Positions 29,684 through 40,090 of a DNA stretch of 44,592 bases are shown here, piece by piece. The stretch is from a virus (Duplodnaviria > Caudoviricetes), in IMG/VR virus record IMGVR_UViG_3300043451_000190, positions 1-44,592 of that record. The stretch is one strand, 5' to 3'. A model generated the notes under the pieces. It ran no database searches. It was not told the origin of the DNA and worked only from the letters and a program-made list of their open reading frames with translations. Position 1 is the first letter of the stretch. Every line of letters starts with the position of its first letter. Position numbers and translations under genes: made by a program.

Positions 29684-32600
29684 TTACTCTCCACCTTCCA
29701 ATTTACTAATTCTAGCTTCTAACTTTTCTATTGTACTTTGTTGTTCTTTTATACCTTCGATTAGTAATGCTACTAACTTATCATATTTAACAGCTTTGTA
29801 TCCACTTTCTCTTGTCTGAACTAACTCTGGAACAACTGCCTCTATTTCTTGAGCAATTACCCCAACATCATGTCCATCATATCCATGCTCAACATTTGGA
29901 ATCCAATCAAATTCATAACCACCAATTTCTTTAATTTTTTGAATTGGAGAACCAATTTGTACAATATTAGTTTTAAATCTTCTATCAGATGATGAGTATG
30001 CCACAACATCATTTGTTGCATCAATTCTACCCGCAGTAGCAGATGCCGCCATACCAACTCCTAATGAATTGATTTGAACATTTGATGTTGTTAAAATTGC
30101 CTGATTAATATATGTTCCAAATCCAGTTGTAGAAGCGATTGAAATTTGTGAAGACCCACTTACAACTGTATTAGTATTTAATTGAGATTTTACATCACTT
30201 GCAAAGTTCGTAGTTGAACCCGCAGTAATTTGAGATGAACCACTTACAACTCCAACTGCATTTAATCTACTTAAAATTCCACTTGCATAATTTGTAGTTG
30301 CAGTCAAATCAACTTGAGATGAACCACTTACTAATGATGTACCAGTTGCTACAATTGATCCTGTTACTACTAAACTTCCACTAATTCCAATACTACCATT
30401 TGATTCACTCATTACTGAATCATCAATATGGTCTCCTCCAACTGATTTAGGAATTCTACCACTTGTTAAGGTAGTTTCGTCACCTAATGAACCCGTATTT
30501 CTAGGACCAGCTATTAATATAGCACCGCTATATGAACTTCCACTAGCATTTTGATAAATCCATCTATTGTTCAACGAATCCCATGCCAATGATGCAGTTG
30601 CAGTTGATGAACCGCTATCATATACTTTTAATCCTCCAAATCTTTCAGATGGTTCATTAACATTTACCGAAATATATGAAATATCAACATTAAGTTGAGA
30701 TGATGTAATATAAGTTATCGATGATGAACCATATACTACCAAATCATTTAATACATAAAGAGAACCGGTAATTCTTTGGTCTCCATTATAAGTGTTTGAA
30801 CCGGTTGTTGCATATCTACTTTCAATTGTAGTTAATCTACTATTTTGAGTTGTATTAATAGAATCATTAGAAGCAGTATATGAGTTTAAACTTGCGGTTG
30901 CAGTATGAATTGCACTAATATTTGTATTATTAGATGCGGTATATGAATTCAATACTCCTTCTAAAACAATTTTTTGTTCTGAACCTTCTACTCCTGCTTT
31001 CCAATAATCATTTGTTACATCCCATAATAATGAACCACTTATAGTCGAACCACCCGTTGCATCTCTTACAACTAAACCTCCATTAGAAGTTCCAGCTGCA
31101 TTTAACTGAATAATATTATCACCAATATTAAGAGTAGTAGAATCAACTTGTGTAGTTGTTCCTTTAACTAATAAATTACCAATAATAGTTACATTCGAAC
31201 CAGTTGTTTCGATTGCAGTTTTAAGAGATGATGTATATGAATTTAAACTAGCACTTGCAGTGTTAAGAGCCGCATTATTTAAATTAACCGATGCAGTAAA
31301 TGCATGTATTGCATTAATACTTGTTGTATTAGATGCAGTATATGAATTTAATGAAGCAGTTGCAGTAAATAAAGCAGTGTTCTTACTATTTTGAGATGAT
31401 GTAAAACTATTTAAACTACCAGTTGCAGTATGAATTGCAGTTAAATTACCATTAATAGAAGATGTATAAGTTTCCAATGAAGCAGTATATCCTTCAAATG
31501 TAAATGCATCCAAAAATCCAGTTCCTGCAACGAATTGATTAATTCTATAATTGAAGGATTGTGAAATTTGTGATAAAGATGCAGTTAATTGAGATGATGA
31601 TACAAATAAACTAGCAGTTGCCGAATTTAATGATTCAGATGTAGTTTGTAATGAATTTAATCTACTATTTTGAGAAGATGTAGTTGAGTTTACTGATGCG
31701 GTAAATGAGTGAATTGAACCACTCCATGCACCAAATTCAACTTCAGATACAAATGAAGTATTTAATGAAGAACTAAATGTTTCTAATGCACCAACTCTTG
31801 TATTAAATGAAGAACTTGCAACATTAAACGAAGAAGTATGTGTATTAAAATCACTTCTAATACTTCCACTTTCAGTTTGCAAAGAATTTAATCTACCATT
31901 AGCAGATGATGTAAATGTATTTAAACTTGCAGTTGAATTTTCTAATAAAGCAATTCTACTATTTTGTGTAGAATTAGTATCGTTATTAGAAGCAGTATAT
32001 GCAAAGAAAGTTCCACTTACAATTTCTAAATTATTTATTCTAGTTTCTTCCGCTGAATTTATTGCCGCAATTGAAGCACTAAATGTTGAATAATTAGTAG
32101 TACCAGTTATATCAACTTGTATAGAACCACTGAATACATTATCGGCATTTAATTTACTTTTTATCGTTGTATTGATTGAAGAAGTAAATAAATTTAATGA
32201 AGCAGTTGAAACATGAATTGCACTAATATTTGTATTATTAGATGCGGTATATGAGTTTATAGAAGCGGTATAAGTTTGAATATTTGTTCTTTCCGTTTCT
32301 AATGTTGAAATTCTATTATGTGCTGAAGAAGAAAGTGTTGTAAATTCACCACTTAAAATAATTTTTTCTTCACTACCTAATTTACCACCAATCCAATAAT
32401 CGTTTGTAGTATCCCACAATAAAGATCCAGAAACCAATGAAGCTCCACTCGCATCTCTAACAACTAAACCACCATTTGATGCTGCCGAACCATTTAATGA
32501 AATAATATTATCACCTGCATCAATTGTAGTTGAGTTTATAGTAGTCGTAGTCCCCTTTACTAAAAAGTTTCCTTTAATAGTTACATTTGATCCCGTAAAC

Positions 32601-33529
32601 TCTATACCAGTTGCAACTGATGAAGAGAAAGTATTTAAACTTCCACTATTAGTTTCTAATGAAGTTAATCTGCTATTTTGAGTTGCCTTAGCACTTTCAT
32701 TAGATGAAGTATAAGAATTTAAACTTGCAGTTGTAGCTTCTAATGAAGTTATTCTTGCATTACTCGCAGATGTAGTTGTAGCAACTGAAGAACTATAAGT
32801 AGAATATCCAGTTATTGAACTAAATGTAATTTGAGAAGATCCAGATACAACATTATCCGCATTTAATTTATTCTTTATTGTTGTATTGATAGAAGAAGTA
32901 AATGTATTTAAACTACTTGTCGAAGTGTGAATTGTATTTATTTTACTATCAATAGAAGAACTATGAGTATTTAATGAAGCGGTTGCAGTATGAATTGCAC
33001 TAATATTTGTATTATTAGATGCGGTATATGAATTAAGAGAACTTAAACTTTGTGCATTAATTCTTGAATCCAATGATGAAGAAAACGCAGTTACATTTCC
33101 TACCGCAGTAATTTCATCAATAGATGCCGTTACTGCATATATTCTTTTCCAATATTTTCCACCACTACCTAAATTATATTGAGCATTATCGTTAGGAACT
33201 AAATCCGAATTAAAATCCGCAATAACAGTAATAGTATCTTGAACCGCATTATCACCTAATTGAATACTACCACTGATATAAACATCTCCTCTGAAATAAG
33301 CATTAGAAGCAGTAATATCACCGGTCAAAGAAAGTGATCCAGAGTTTGCTAACGAACCACTCCATTTTGAAGTTGATGAAGCTCCGGTATTTAATTTTAC
33401 CAATGTTATTTCTTCACTACCACTCGCACCAAATACTACGCTTTGACTATCAGCGTTAAAATATGGTTCTCCATATGATAGAGTTCCTTTAGAACTACTA
33501 CTACCCCTTCTTATCTGAAATGTTGCCAT
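29684..33529 (-). CDS. Second long tail fibre with S74 chaperone (1281 aa), paralogue of 20514..24503
   Basis: IRRG..LSYGEP N-terminus, YSSSDRRFK, GVIAQEIEAVVP, and long peptides identical to the paralogue. Confidence 0.85.
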   Translation of the reverse strand: MATFQIRRGSSSSKGTLSYGEPYFNADSQSVVFGASGSEEITLVKLNTGASSTSKWSGSLANSGSLSLTGDITASNAYFRGDVYISGSIQLGDNAVQDTITVIADFNSDLVPNDNAQYNLGSGGKYWKRIYAVTASIDEITAVGNVTAFSSSLDSRINAQSLSSLNSYTASNNTNISAIHTATASLNTHSSSIDSKINTIHTSTSSLNTFTSSINTTIKNKLNADNVVSGSSQITFSSITGYSTYSSSVATTTSASNARITSLEATTASLNSYTSSNESAKATQNSRLTSLETNSGSLNTFSSSVATGIEFTGSNVTIKGNFLVKGTTTTINSTTIDAGDNIISLNGSAASNGGLVVRDASGASLVSGSLLWDTTNDYWIGGKLGSEEKIILSGEFTTLSSSAHNRISTLETERTNIQTYTASINSYTASNNTNISAIHVSTASLNLFTSSINTTIKSKLNADNVFSGSIQVDITGTTNYSTFSASIAAINSAEETRINNLEIVSGTFFAYTASNNDTNSTQNSRIALLENSTASLNTFTSSANGRLNSLQTESGSIRSDFNTHTSSFNVASSSFNTRVGALETFSSSLNTSFVSEVEFGAWSGSIHSFTASVNSTTSSQNSRLNSLQTTSESLNSATASLFVSSSQLTASLSQISQSFNYRINQFVAGTGFLDAFTFEGYTASLETYTSSINGNLTAIHTATGSLNSFTSSQNSKNTALFTATASLNSYTASNTTSINAIHAFTASVNLNNAALNTASASLNSYTSSLKTAIETTGSNVTIIGNLLVKGTTTQVDSTTLNIGDNIIQLNAAGTSNGGLVVRDATGGSTISGSLLWDVTNDYWKAGVEGSEQKIVLEGVLNSYTASNNTNISAIHTATASLNSYTASNDSINTTQNSRLTTIESRYATTGSNTYNGDQRITGSLYVLNDLVVYGSSSITYITSSQLNVDISYISVNVNEPSERFGGLKVYDSGSSTATASLAWDSLNNRWIYQNASGSSYSGAILIAGPRNTGSLGDETTLTSGRIPKSVGGDHIDDSVMSESNGSIGISGSLVVTGSIVATGTSLVSGSSQVDLTATTNYASGILSRLNAVGVVSGSSQITAGSTTNFASDVKSQLNTNTVVSGSSQISIASTTGFGTYINQAILTTSNVQINSLGVGMAASATAGRIDATNDVVAYSSSDRRFKTNIVQIGSPIQKIKEIGGYEFDWIPNVEHGYDGHDVGVIAQEIEAVVPELVQTRESGYKAVKYDKLVALLIEGIKEQQSTIEKLEARISKLEGGE

Positions 33530-33588
33530 TTATAATTTAATTGTTGAATTCTTTAATAAATATAAGGTTGAAAAAATAATGTATATTA

Positions 33589-34701
33589 CTAACCTATTTT
33601 TGTTATTCTAATATATCCACTTCCACTATTGTATGCTGAAAGATTTGTAATTGCACTTCCGTTGAATGTAGTTAATCCATCATAGTTACCATCGGATGTT
33701 GATAATGTGGTTGCACTTGATGATACAAATGAACCACCTCCTCCGCCACCATCAGATTGAGGAGTACCATTACCCCAAGCACCTCCACCTCCGGAGTATC
33801 CTCCTCCACCACCGCCTACGATGATACCATTACCAGAACCTCCTCCGCCAAATCCACCCCAAGATGCGGGATATGTTGGGGGTGCTCCCCAAGATGTAGA
33901 TGCATTACCACCTTTTGAACCGCTTAAAAATGAATTACCACCTTCACCATATGTTCCACCTATAAATGGTCTTGTATAAGTTCCATCTCCATTTTGTCCA
34001 TTTCCACTAAATCCACCTCCGCCACCGCCATCGTATCCATTTAATGATGTTACAGATCCAGAGTTTATGTGAGAACGACCTCCGGTTCCTGCGCCACCAC
34101 CCGTTGCACCTCTTACGGATCCCGAACCTGATGGGGATGTTGTACCATTTTTACCTGTAAAAGTAGAAGCTGCATATGGACTATATCTACCACTACCACC
34201 TCCTCCACCGGCTACTACCAATGGAGTTGGTACTGAACCCGAAACAGTTACGAATGAACCACCTCCTCCACCGAATCCTTGATATGTATTGGAATTTGCA
34301 AGAGTTGCATTTACACCAAATGCATCAGAAATTTGCCCAACAACCATCATTAGTTTTTGTCCTTGTGTTAAAGGAACTCTTGCTCTAATAATTGCACCAT
34401 TACCCCATGTCAATGAACCGGAGAACGCAGGGGCAGTTCCACCTCTTGCACCCGCTGCTTCAATTTCATAAGTTGCAGTTTGAGGTACTGTCCAAACTTG
34501 ATATCCATTAAAAGCACCGGTGGTAAAATATAATAAATTTGAAAAATAACTTCCAGATGTAGAACCAGTGTATGCAGCTAATAATACAGATCCAGAAGGA
34601 CCATTTGATCCAGTTATACCAGCCGATGTAAATGTAAATGAACTGAATGGGTATAATTCAGTAGGCCCTATTCTAAATCCATTTAAAAAAGTTATTGCCA
34701 T
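33589..34701 (-). CDS. Glycine-rich virion protein (ALK/LTK-type glycine-rich domain)
   Basis: YQVWTVP..YEIEAAGARGG, LTQGQKLMMVVGQ, GGGGGSFV, PLVVAGGGGG, GGGGGYSGGGG. Confidence 0.75.
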   Translation of the reverse strand: MAITFLNGFRIGPTELYPFSSFTFTSAGITGSNGPSGSVLLAAYTGSTSGSYFSNLLYFTTGAFNGYQVWTVPQTATYEIEAAGARGGTAPAFSGSLTWGNGAIIRARVPLTQGQKLMMVVGQISDAFGVNATLANSNTYQGFGGGGGSFVTVSGSVPTPLVVAGGGGGSGRYSPYAASTFTGKNGTTSPSGSGSVRGATGGGAGTGGRSHINSGSVTSLNGYDGGGGGGFSGNGQNGDGTYTRPFIGGTYGEGGNSFLSGSKGGNASTSWGAPPTYPASWGGFGGGGSGNGIIVGGGGGGYSGGGGAWGNGTPQSDGGGGGGSFVSSSATTLSTSDGNYDGLTTFNGSAITNLSAYNSGSGYIRITKIG

Positions 34702-34707
34702 TATCTT

Positions 34708-37152
34708 TTAATATAATCTTTCTATTGAAATAAAGTTATTGTTGTATGATGCCCCAATTATCAAAATAATTCTATATACTCTACTATTTGTATCATCTCT
34801 TAAAATGTAAGTAGACATATCACCTTGTTGTCCAAAGTTCCACCCAAATATTGAAGTAGTTGCAGTTGTTGATAAACTAGTCGTACTAGAAGTTCCTGCC
34901 GATGAACTCAATATACCTTGATAATGCCCCGATATATATCCGGTTACTGTTCCAGATACTGTTGCTACACTTAATCCTCTATTACTACTTGATGTTAGAG
35001 TTGCTTTTATATTATCTAATGTTACAAATGTTCCGGCGTTTACCATTCCACTAGCTTTCCACATCAATTCACCCGCAACACCAGCTGGAGTTTTAGCTAA
35101 ATCAATATAAACACCTCTTGCATCACCACCCTGTTCAAATAATCTTATTCTATCTCTATACACATCAACGGTCACACCACTACCGGTTAAAGTTGTGTTT
35201 GTTGCTGCTTTTGCTAAATTTATTTCACCACCTTCATCTCCACTTCCCGTTCCTATTATTAAGACAGGAACTACTAAATTTATATTATTTGAACCACTTA
35301 CTGTCAATGAACCTGTAATTTCAACTAATCCATTGTTCTGAACATATAAATTACTACCACTTGTCAAATAAAGCGATGAACTATTTGCGGATATAGATGA
35401 ACTAATTGTAGTTAATGCAGTTACCGTCAATGAACCCGTAATTGTTTGGTCTGCTTTAAATTGATTTGAACCAGTTGTTGCATAAGAACCGGTTTTACCA
35501 TTTAATGAAGCAGTTGTTGAATTTATACTTGCAGTATAAGAATTCATCGAAGAAGTGTAAGTGTTTATACTTGCACTATATGTGTTTATACTTGCGGTAT
35601 AAGCATTGAATGAAGATGTTGTTGCAAATCCACTACCATTTACAATTGAGTTAATTCTACTATCAAACGATGAACTATGAGTTGTATATGAAGAAGTGAA
35701 TGTGTTTAAAGATGCAGTTGCAATATAAACATTACTTAACGCAGTATTTGCAGAAGAAGTGAATGTATTAATTGAACTACTAAATGTATTTGAACTTGTC
35801 GCAAATGCATTGAATATTGAAGAACTTAGGAATGGTGTTACAACTGCTAATGAAGAAGTTATCGAAAATCCTAAATTAGTTATTTGAGTTGAAGAACTTA
35901 TGGCCCCAACCAATGAAGCGGTATATATATTGAACGAAGATGTTAATAACAAACTACTTGTATTAACATTTACTACCGATGAAGTTGTTGCAAATCCAAA
36001 GTTTGTAATTTGAGTAGAACTACTTACTACTCCAACTAATGATGATGTGAAAGTATTAAAAGTTGAAGAACTTAAAAACGGAGTTACAATTGGTAAGTTT
36101 GCACTTAAAGCAAATGAACCGGTTTCACTTTCAGTAATCCAACTACCACTTACACTTTCAATTGAATTTAATCTATTCACTAAACTTGCAGTTGAAATAC
36201 TTGCAGTATATGTATTAAACGAAGATGTAGTTACTAATGATGATGTATCAATATTTAATACCGAAGATGTAGATGCAAATCCTAATGAAGTTATTTGCCC
36301 ACTACCGCTAATTGCTCCGTTTAATGAAGTTAAATAAGAACCAGTTGCTGCCTCTAATCCATCAACTCTACTATCAATTGATGTTGTGAAATTATTTAAT
36401 GCAGTTATATCAGTATGTGATGAACTTATAAATCCAAATGCAGTTATTTGTGCAGATGAACTTATAATACCATTTGGAATAGATGTTAAGAAACTTCCTG
36501 TTTCCGCTTCGGTAATAAATGAACCTGTTTCAGATTTTAATAGATATGAACCACTATTAGTTTCCAAAGATGTTAATCTACTATTTTGAGTAGTATTAGT
36601 AGTATTATTTGAAGAAGTATAAGTATTAAAAGTTGAAGATGATAAAAATGGTGTTACATTTATTCCTTCAACTATATCTAATCTATTATCAAACGATGAA
36701 CTATGAGTTGTATATGAAGAAGTGAATATATTAAATGTAGATGCACTTAAAAATGGTGATACATTTATTAATTCTAAATTATCAACTCTACTATCAAAAC
36801 TTCCACTATCGGTTTTATAAGAAGATGTAAAAGTATTGAATGATGAAGTTAATAATAAAGATGAAGTATTAGTTGTTTGTACCGATGCAGTGTATGCTTC
36901 GAAAGATGCAGTTGATAATTTAGTTGCTACGGATAAAACTGATGCAGATGCAAAAGTATTCAAAGAAGATGTAATAGCCGAAGCACTTCTCAATAATTCT
37001 ATATCAGTTGCAAAAGCTGGTTCTAAACTTGCTGATACAAATTCTACTACCTTTTGTAAAGTAACTTTTTGTGTTGCTCCATCATCTACAACCGGTAAAA
37101 CACTACTGGTTGTTAATTGTGAAATAGTACCTAATTGTGAAATTTTTGGCAT
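34708..37152 (-). CDS. Ser/Thr-rich fibre (neck whisker/appendage-like, 814 aa)
   Basis: KISQL..LPVVD..TQKVT N-terminus, TSSFNxYTAS repeats, EGGEINL C-terminal domain; follows the neck genes. Confidence 0.65.
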   Translation of the reverse strand: MPKISQLGTISQLTTSSVLPVVDDGATQKVTLQKVVEFVSASLEPAFATDIELLRSASAITSSLNTFASASVLSVATKLSTASFEAYTASVQTTNTSSLLLTSSFNTFTSSYKTDSGSFDSRVDNLELINVSPFLSASTFNIFTSSYTTHSSSFDNRLDIVEGINVTPFLSSSTFNTYTSSNNTTNTTQNSRLTSLETNSGSYLLKSETGSFITEAETGSFLTSIPNGIISSSAQITAFGFISSSHTDITALNNFTTSIDSRVDGLEAATGSYLTSLNGAISGSGQITSLGFASTSSVLNIDTSSLVTTSSFNTYTASISTASLVNRLNSIESVSGSWITESETGSFALSANLPIVTPFLSSSTFNTFTSSLVGVVSSSTQITNFGFATTSSVVNVNTSSLLLTSSFNIYTASLVGAISSSTQITNLGFSITSSLAVVTPFLSSSIFNAFATSSNTFSSSINTFTSSANTALSNVYIATASLNTFTSSYTTHSSSFDSRINSIVNGSGFATTSSFNAYTASINTYSASINTYTSSMNSYTASINSTTASLNGKTGSYATTGSNQFKADQTITGSLTVTALTTISSSISANSSSLYLTSGSNLYVQNNGLVEITGSLTVSGSNNINLVVPVLIIGTGSGDEGGEINLAKAATNTTLTGSGVTVDVYRDRIRLFEQGGDARGVYIDLAKTPAGVAGELMWKASGMVNAGTFVTLDNIKATLTSSSNRGLSVATVSGTVTGYISGHYQGILSSSAGTSSTTSLSTTATTSIFGWNFGQQGDMSTYILRDDTNSRVYRIILIIGASYNNNFISIERLY

Positions 37153-37163
37153 CTTATACTATA

Positions 37164-38054
37164 TTATTCTGCTATTAATTCGTTTCCAAATTCATCCGTA
37201 AGAGGATCACCAAATATATCATTAGATTCTTTTTCCAATTTATTTCCTAATATCACATTACCAAATTTATCTAATGGTTTCTCTAATGATGTTGTTAGTT
37301 TTCCATTTACATCATAACCATCTCCGCCTTGTATTAAGACCTCATTTGATACAACAACTTTTCTAATACTGAATCCTTTTTGAGTTGTAGGTTGGTTATC
37401 ATATCTCTTAGGTAATAAATAAGCATTAACGCTTAAAGTACAAGTTGTTTTAATTATTCTTTCCGAACCCGCGCCTATATCCTGTTGATTATCAAAGTTA
37501 CCTACTATAACTCTGAATTTATAATTATTACTTTCACCCCAATATTGCTCATTTGCATATTGAAATTGTTCTATAATTTTATTATTATGTTCCGTATATC
37601 CAGTCCAAAATACAACCTCATAAGTTAAGGTTACATAGTTAGGCATTCTCACATCATATGCTTCAAATCTTCTTTTAAAATCAGGATTCAATAATGAGAA
37701 TCTATCATATGCATGTTTTTGAGAATATTTTTTTACAGTCGGATAAGTTATTCTATAATCTTTTAAGAATTTCATTGAATCAGTTTGTTCAATTGAATTT
37801 CTTTTAAACATCACTAAAGGTAATTGTAATTTACCTAATTTATCTTTTAAATATCCGTCTTTTTTAGCAGATTTCCATCTTTCCGCATTTCCATAAAGAA
37901 GAGGAATTTTTACCTTATTACCATTTTGTTCAACTTCTGGAATTAAATGTTTTTCCATATAGTTTGCAATAATAGAATCTACATCCAATAATGATATTTC
38001 TAACATTTTGGATTCATCCTGCTTAACTATCTTAGAAAAGTTTTTATCTGCCAT
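37164..38054 (-). CDS. Tail terminator / sheath stabiliser (T4 gp15-like)
   Basis: KIPLLYGNAERW, LQLPLVMF, PNYVTLTYEV, VNAYL; synteny after the gp13/14-like genes. Confidence 0.7.
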   Translation of the reverse strand: MADKNFSKIVKQDESKMLEISLLDVDSIIANYMEKHLIPEVEQNGNKVKIPLLYGNAERWKSAKKDGYLKDKLGKLQLPLVMFKRNSIEQTDSMKFLKDYRITYPTVKKYSQKHAYDRFSLLNPDFKRRFEAYDVRMPNYVTLTYEVVFWTGYTEHNNKIIEQFQYANEQYWGESNNYKFRVIVGNFDNQQDIGAGSERIIKTTCTLSVNAYLLPKRYDNQPTTQKGFSIRKVVVSNEVLIQGGDGYDVNGKLTTSLEKPLDKFGNVILGNKLEKESNDIFGDPLTDEFGNELIAE

Positions 38055-38509
38055 TATCTAACTATTTGTTCTAAATCAATCGTAGTATTTCTACTTAAGA
38101 ATGCTTCACATATAACCGAAAATTTATTCGCACCTTGCCCACCTATCCATTGGTCTTCTCTTACATTTGATATTTCATAATAAGACCCATCCATATAAAC
38201 CACATCTCCTACTTCCGGATAAAAATTAGTATCGATTAAAGTATGTCTATTGAAACGGAAATTAGAAGTTCTAGCAGTATCTGCACCAAATCCTTCATAA
38301 TTAGTTTCAGTATCTCCTCTTTCAATCATACAATATGTTTCCATTCCTTTATAGTATTTCTTATTAATAGATTCACCATAAAGGTTATAAGCAGTTTCTA
38401 ATACATTCACTTTAAATAATGTAACCAATTGTTCAATTACATCATTAACCATTTCAGAAGAAATCTGCTCAAAAAATTTTATATCTCTACTCGAATTAAA
38501 TCTAGGCAT
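38054..38509 (-). CDS. Neck protein (T4 gp14-like head-tail connector)
   Basis: NLYGES, EGFG, YPEVGDVV..YYEI; TAATG coupling. Confidence 0.7.
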   Translation of the reverse strand: MPRFNSSRDIKFFEQISSEMVNDVIEQLVTLFKVNVLETAYNLYGESINKKYYKGMETYCMIERGDTETNYEGFGADTARTSNFRFNRHTLIDTNFYPEVGDVVYMDGSYYEISNVREDQWIGGQGANKFSVICEAFLSRNTTIDLEQIVR

Positions 38510-39666
38510 TATCCAACATATATTGCAAGTGGTACTTTTTGTAACATTTCTTGTTGTTGTTTGGCTTCATTAGCTTTATTTTCAAATTGAACTTTTCTAC
38601 TAACCTCATCTAAATTCTCTCTCAATTGTGTAATTAAAGCCTCTTTTTCCGTTTGTGCTTCTGCTCTTAAAGCAGCACCATCTAAAGTTGTTTCACCACC
38701 AGGAATAGGAATAGTATTATACTTTTCTCTAATTGCTCCTAATAGTTCTTTTGAAAGTGCTAATGTATATTTTCTAATCCATTGTTTACCCACATCATTA
38801 ATCTTTCTATATGGAATAAAATTATATTTGATGTTTGAGTAATCAGATATTACACCAGGTCTAACCGATGTTGAATTTACTTCCCACTCATCTCTTACAA
38901 AATATTCAAACCAAATTATTTGATCAGTTGTAGGAACAGGAAATATTTGTAAATTATTGTTTACGATATTGAAAGTATGCGCCGATTTACGAATTTGGTC
39001 ATTAAACTCAATTGCCTGAATTCTTAATAAATCTTCATAAAAAGGTAGTAATACGAATTGTGTAGCAGTAGAGAATGAAGTGAATCCAAATTCTTGAGTA
39101 ATATTCAATGTTCCCATACCACTAATTGCATAAGGGTCAAAGAAACGAGAAAGAGCCGGTCTAGGTTCGAAATAAACTTTAGTTACTTCTATTCTACTTC
39201 CACTCTCGTATACATCTGCAAATAATGTTTTTAAATCATAATTCTGCACATTTGCACTTGCACTTATAAATCCTTTTTTAATATCAGTTGCACCACCTGC
39301 TCCTGCTAAAGTTCCATAAGCATCACTTATCTTTACAACTGTTGGAAGAAATGAACCTTCCACTAATTGACCCGTAAAATTTGTTGATGTAGAATGACCC
39401 GTTAAAACAGGTAAATTATTTCTAATATTGAACTGATTAACTTGCGCAGAGTATTCAGATGTAGCTTCTTCTAAACAAGCATAAAACTGCTCATCTATCA
39501 ATTCTACATCGATGATAGGATAACCCAATCTTCTAGCACACCATAAGGATACTTTTGGGGCATCATCTGAAAAATAACTATCATCATCGTAAATACCGAA
39601 TGGAGTTTGCCCCGATTCGAATGAAGATGATCCAGGATAATGATTTATTGTTGAATTTACCGACAT
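38509..39666 (-). CDS. Neck protein (T4 gp13-like)
   Basis: RRLGYPIIDVEL, QWIRKYTLALSKELLG..REKY..IPGG..LDG. Confidence 0.85.
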   Translation of the reverse strand: MSVNSTINHYPGSSSFESGQTPFGIYDDDSYFSDDAPKVSLWCARRLGYPIIDVELIDEQFYACLEEATSEYSAQVNQFNIRNNLPVLTGHSTSTNFTGQLVEGSFLPTVVKISDAYGTLAGAGGATDIKKGFISASANVQNYDLKTLFADVYESGSRIEVTKVYFEPRPALSRFFDPYAISGMGTLNITQEFGFTSFSTATQFVLLPFYEDLLRIQAIEFNDQIRKSAHTFNIVNNNLQIFPVPTTDQIIWFEYFVRDEWEVNSTSVRPGVISDYSNIKYNFIPYRKINDVGKQWIRKYTLALSKELLGAIREKYNTIPIPGGETTLDGAALRAEAQTEKEALITQLRENLDEVSRKVQFENKANEAKQQQEMLQKVPLAIYVG

Positions 39667-39713
39667 TTCGTAATTTGTTTGTCTATAAATATTAAATTAC
39701 GAAATAAAGATGG

Positions 39714-40079
39714 TTAAGATAACTCTTTAATTAAATAAAGTGTAGAATATATCAATTGGTCTACATTATCTATTTGATTTTGGATATAAGATTCTTTAAT
39801 TCCCTTTCTCTTTATCTCTACTATTTTTAATATCTTTTCAAAGTATTCGATTACTTGTTCTTTGGATTCGAATTGATCCAATCCGGTAATATTTTTGTAT
39901 TTAATAATACCATATTTACCCTGCCAACTTTCAGCTAAACTATCCGTAATACCTACTATTTCATCATAGTATTCATTTAATGCTTTATGAATTGCAAATG
40001 AACCCTCACCCTTTGCACCTAAATGAAAAATATGTGCCTGTGTTCTACTATGCAGTAATATTGATAAAATTTCTTCCAT
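39714..40079 (-). CDS. Dps/ferritin-like four-helix protein
   Basis: AHIFH..HKALNEYYD..DSLAE..QG.YG resembles Dps ferroxidase helices. Confidence 0.6.
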   Translation of the reverse strand: MEEILSILLHSRTQAHIFHLGAKGEGSFAIHKALNEYYDEIVGITDSLAESWQGKYGIIKYKNITGLDQFESKEQVIEYFEKILKIVEIKRKGIKESYIQNQIDNVDQLIYSTLYLIKELS

Positions 40080-40090
40080 ATGTATAAATA

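Noticed and set aside
20514-33529. Diversity-generating retroelement (TR/VR) behind the fibre repeats
   Set aside because: No reverse transcriptase in the window, differences are not adenine-specific, and all copies are coding.
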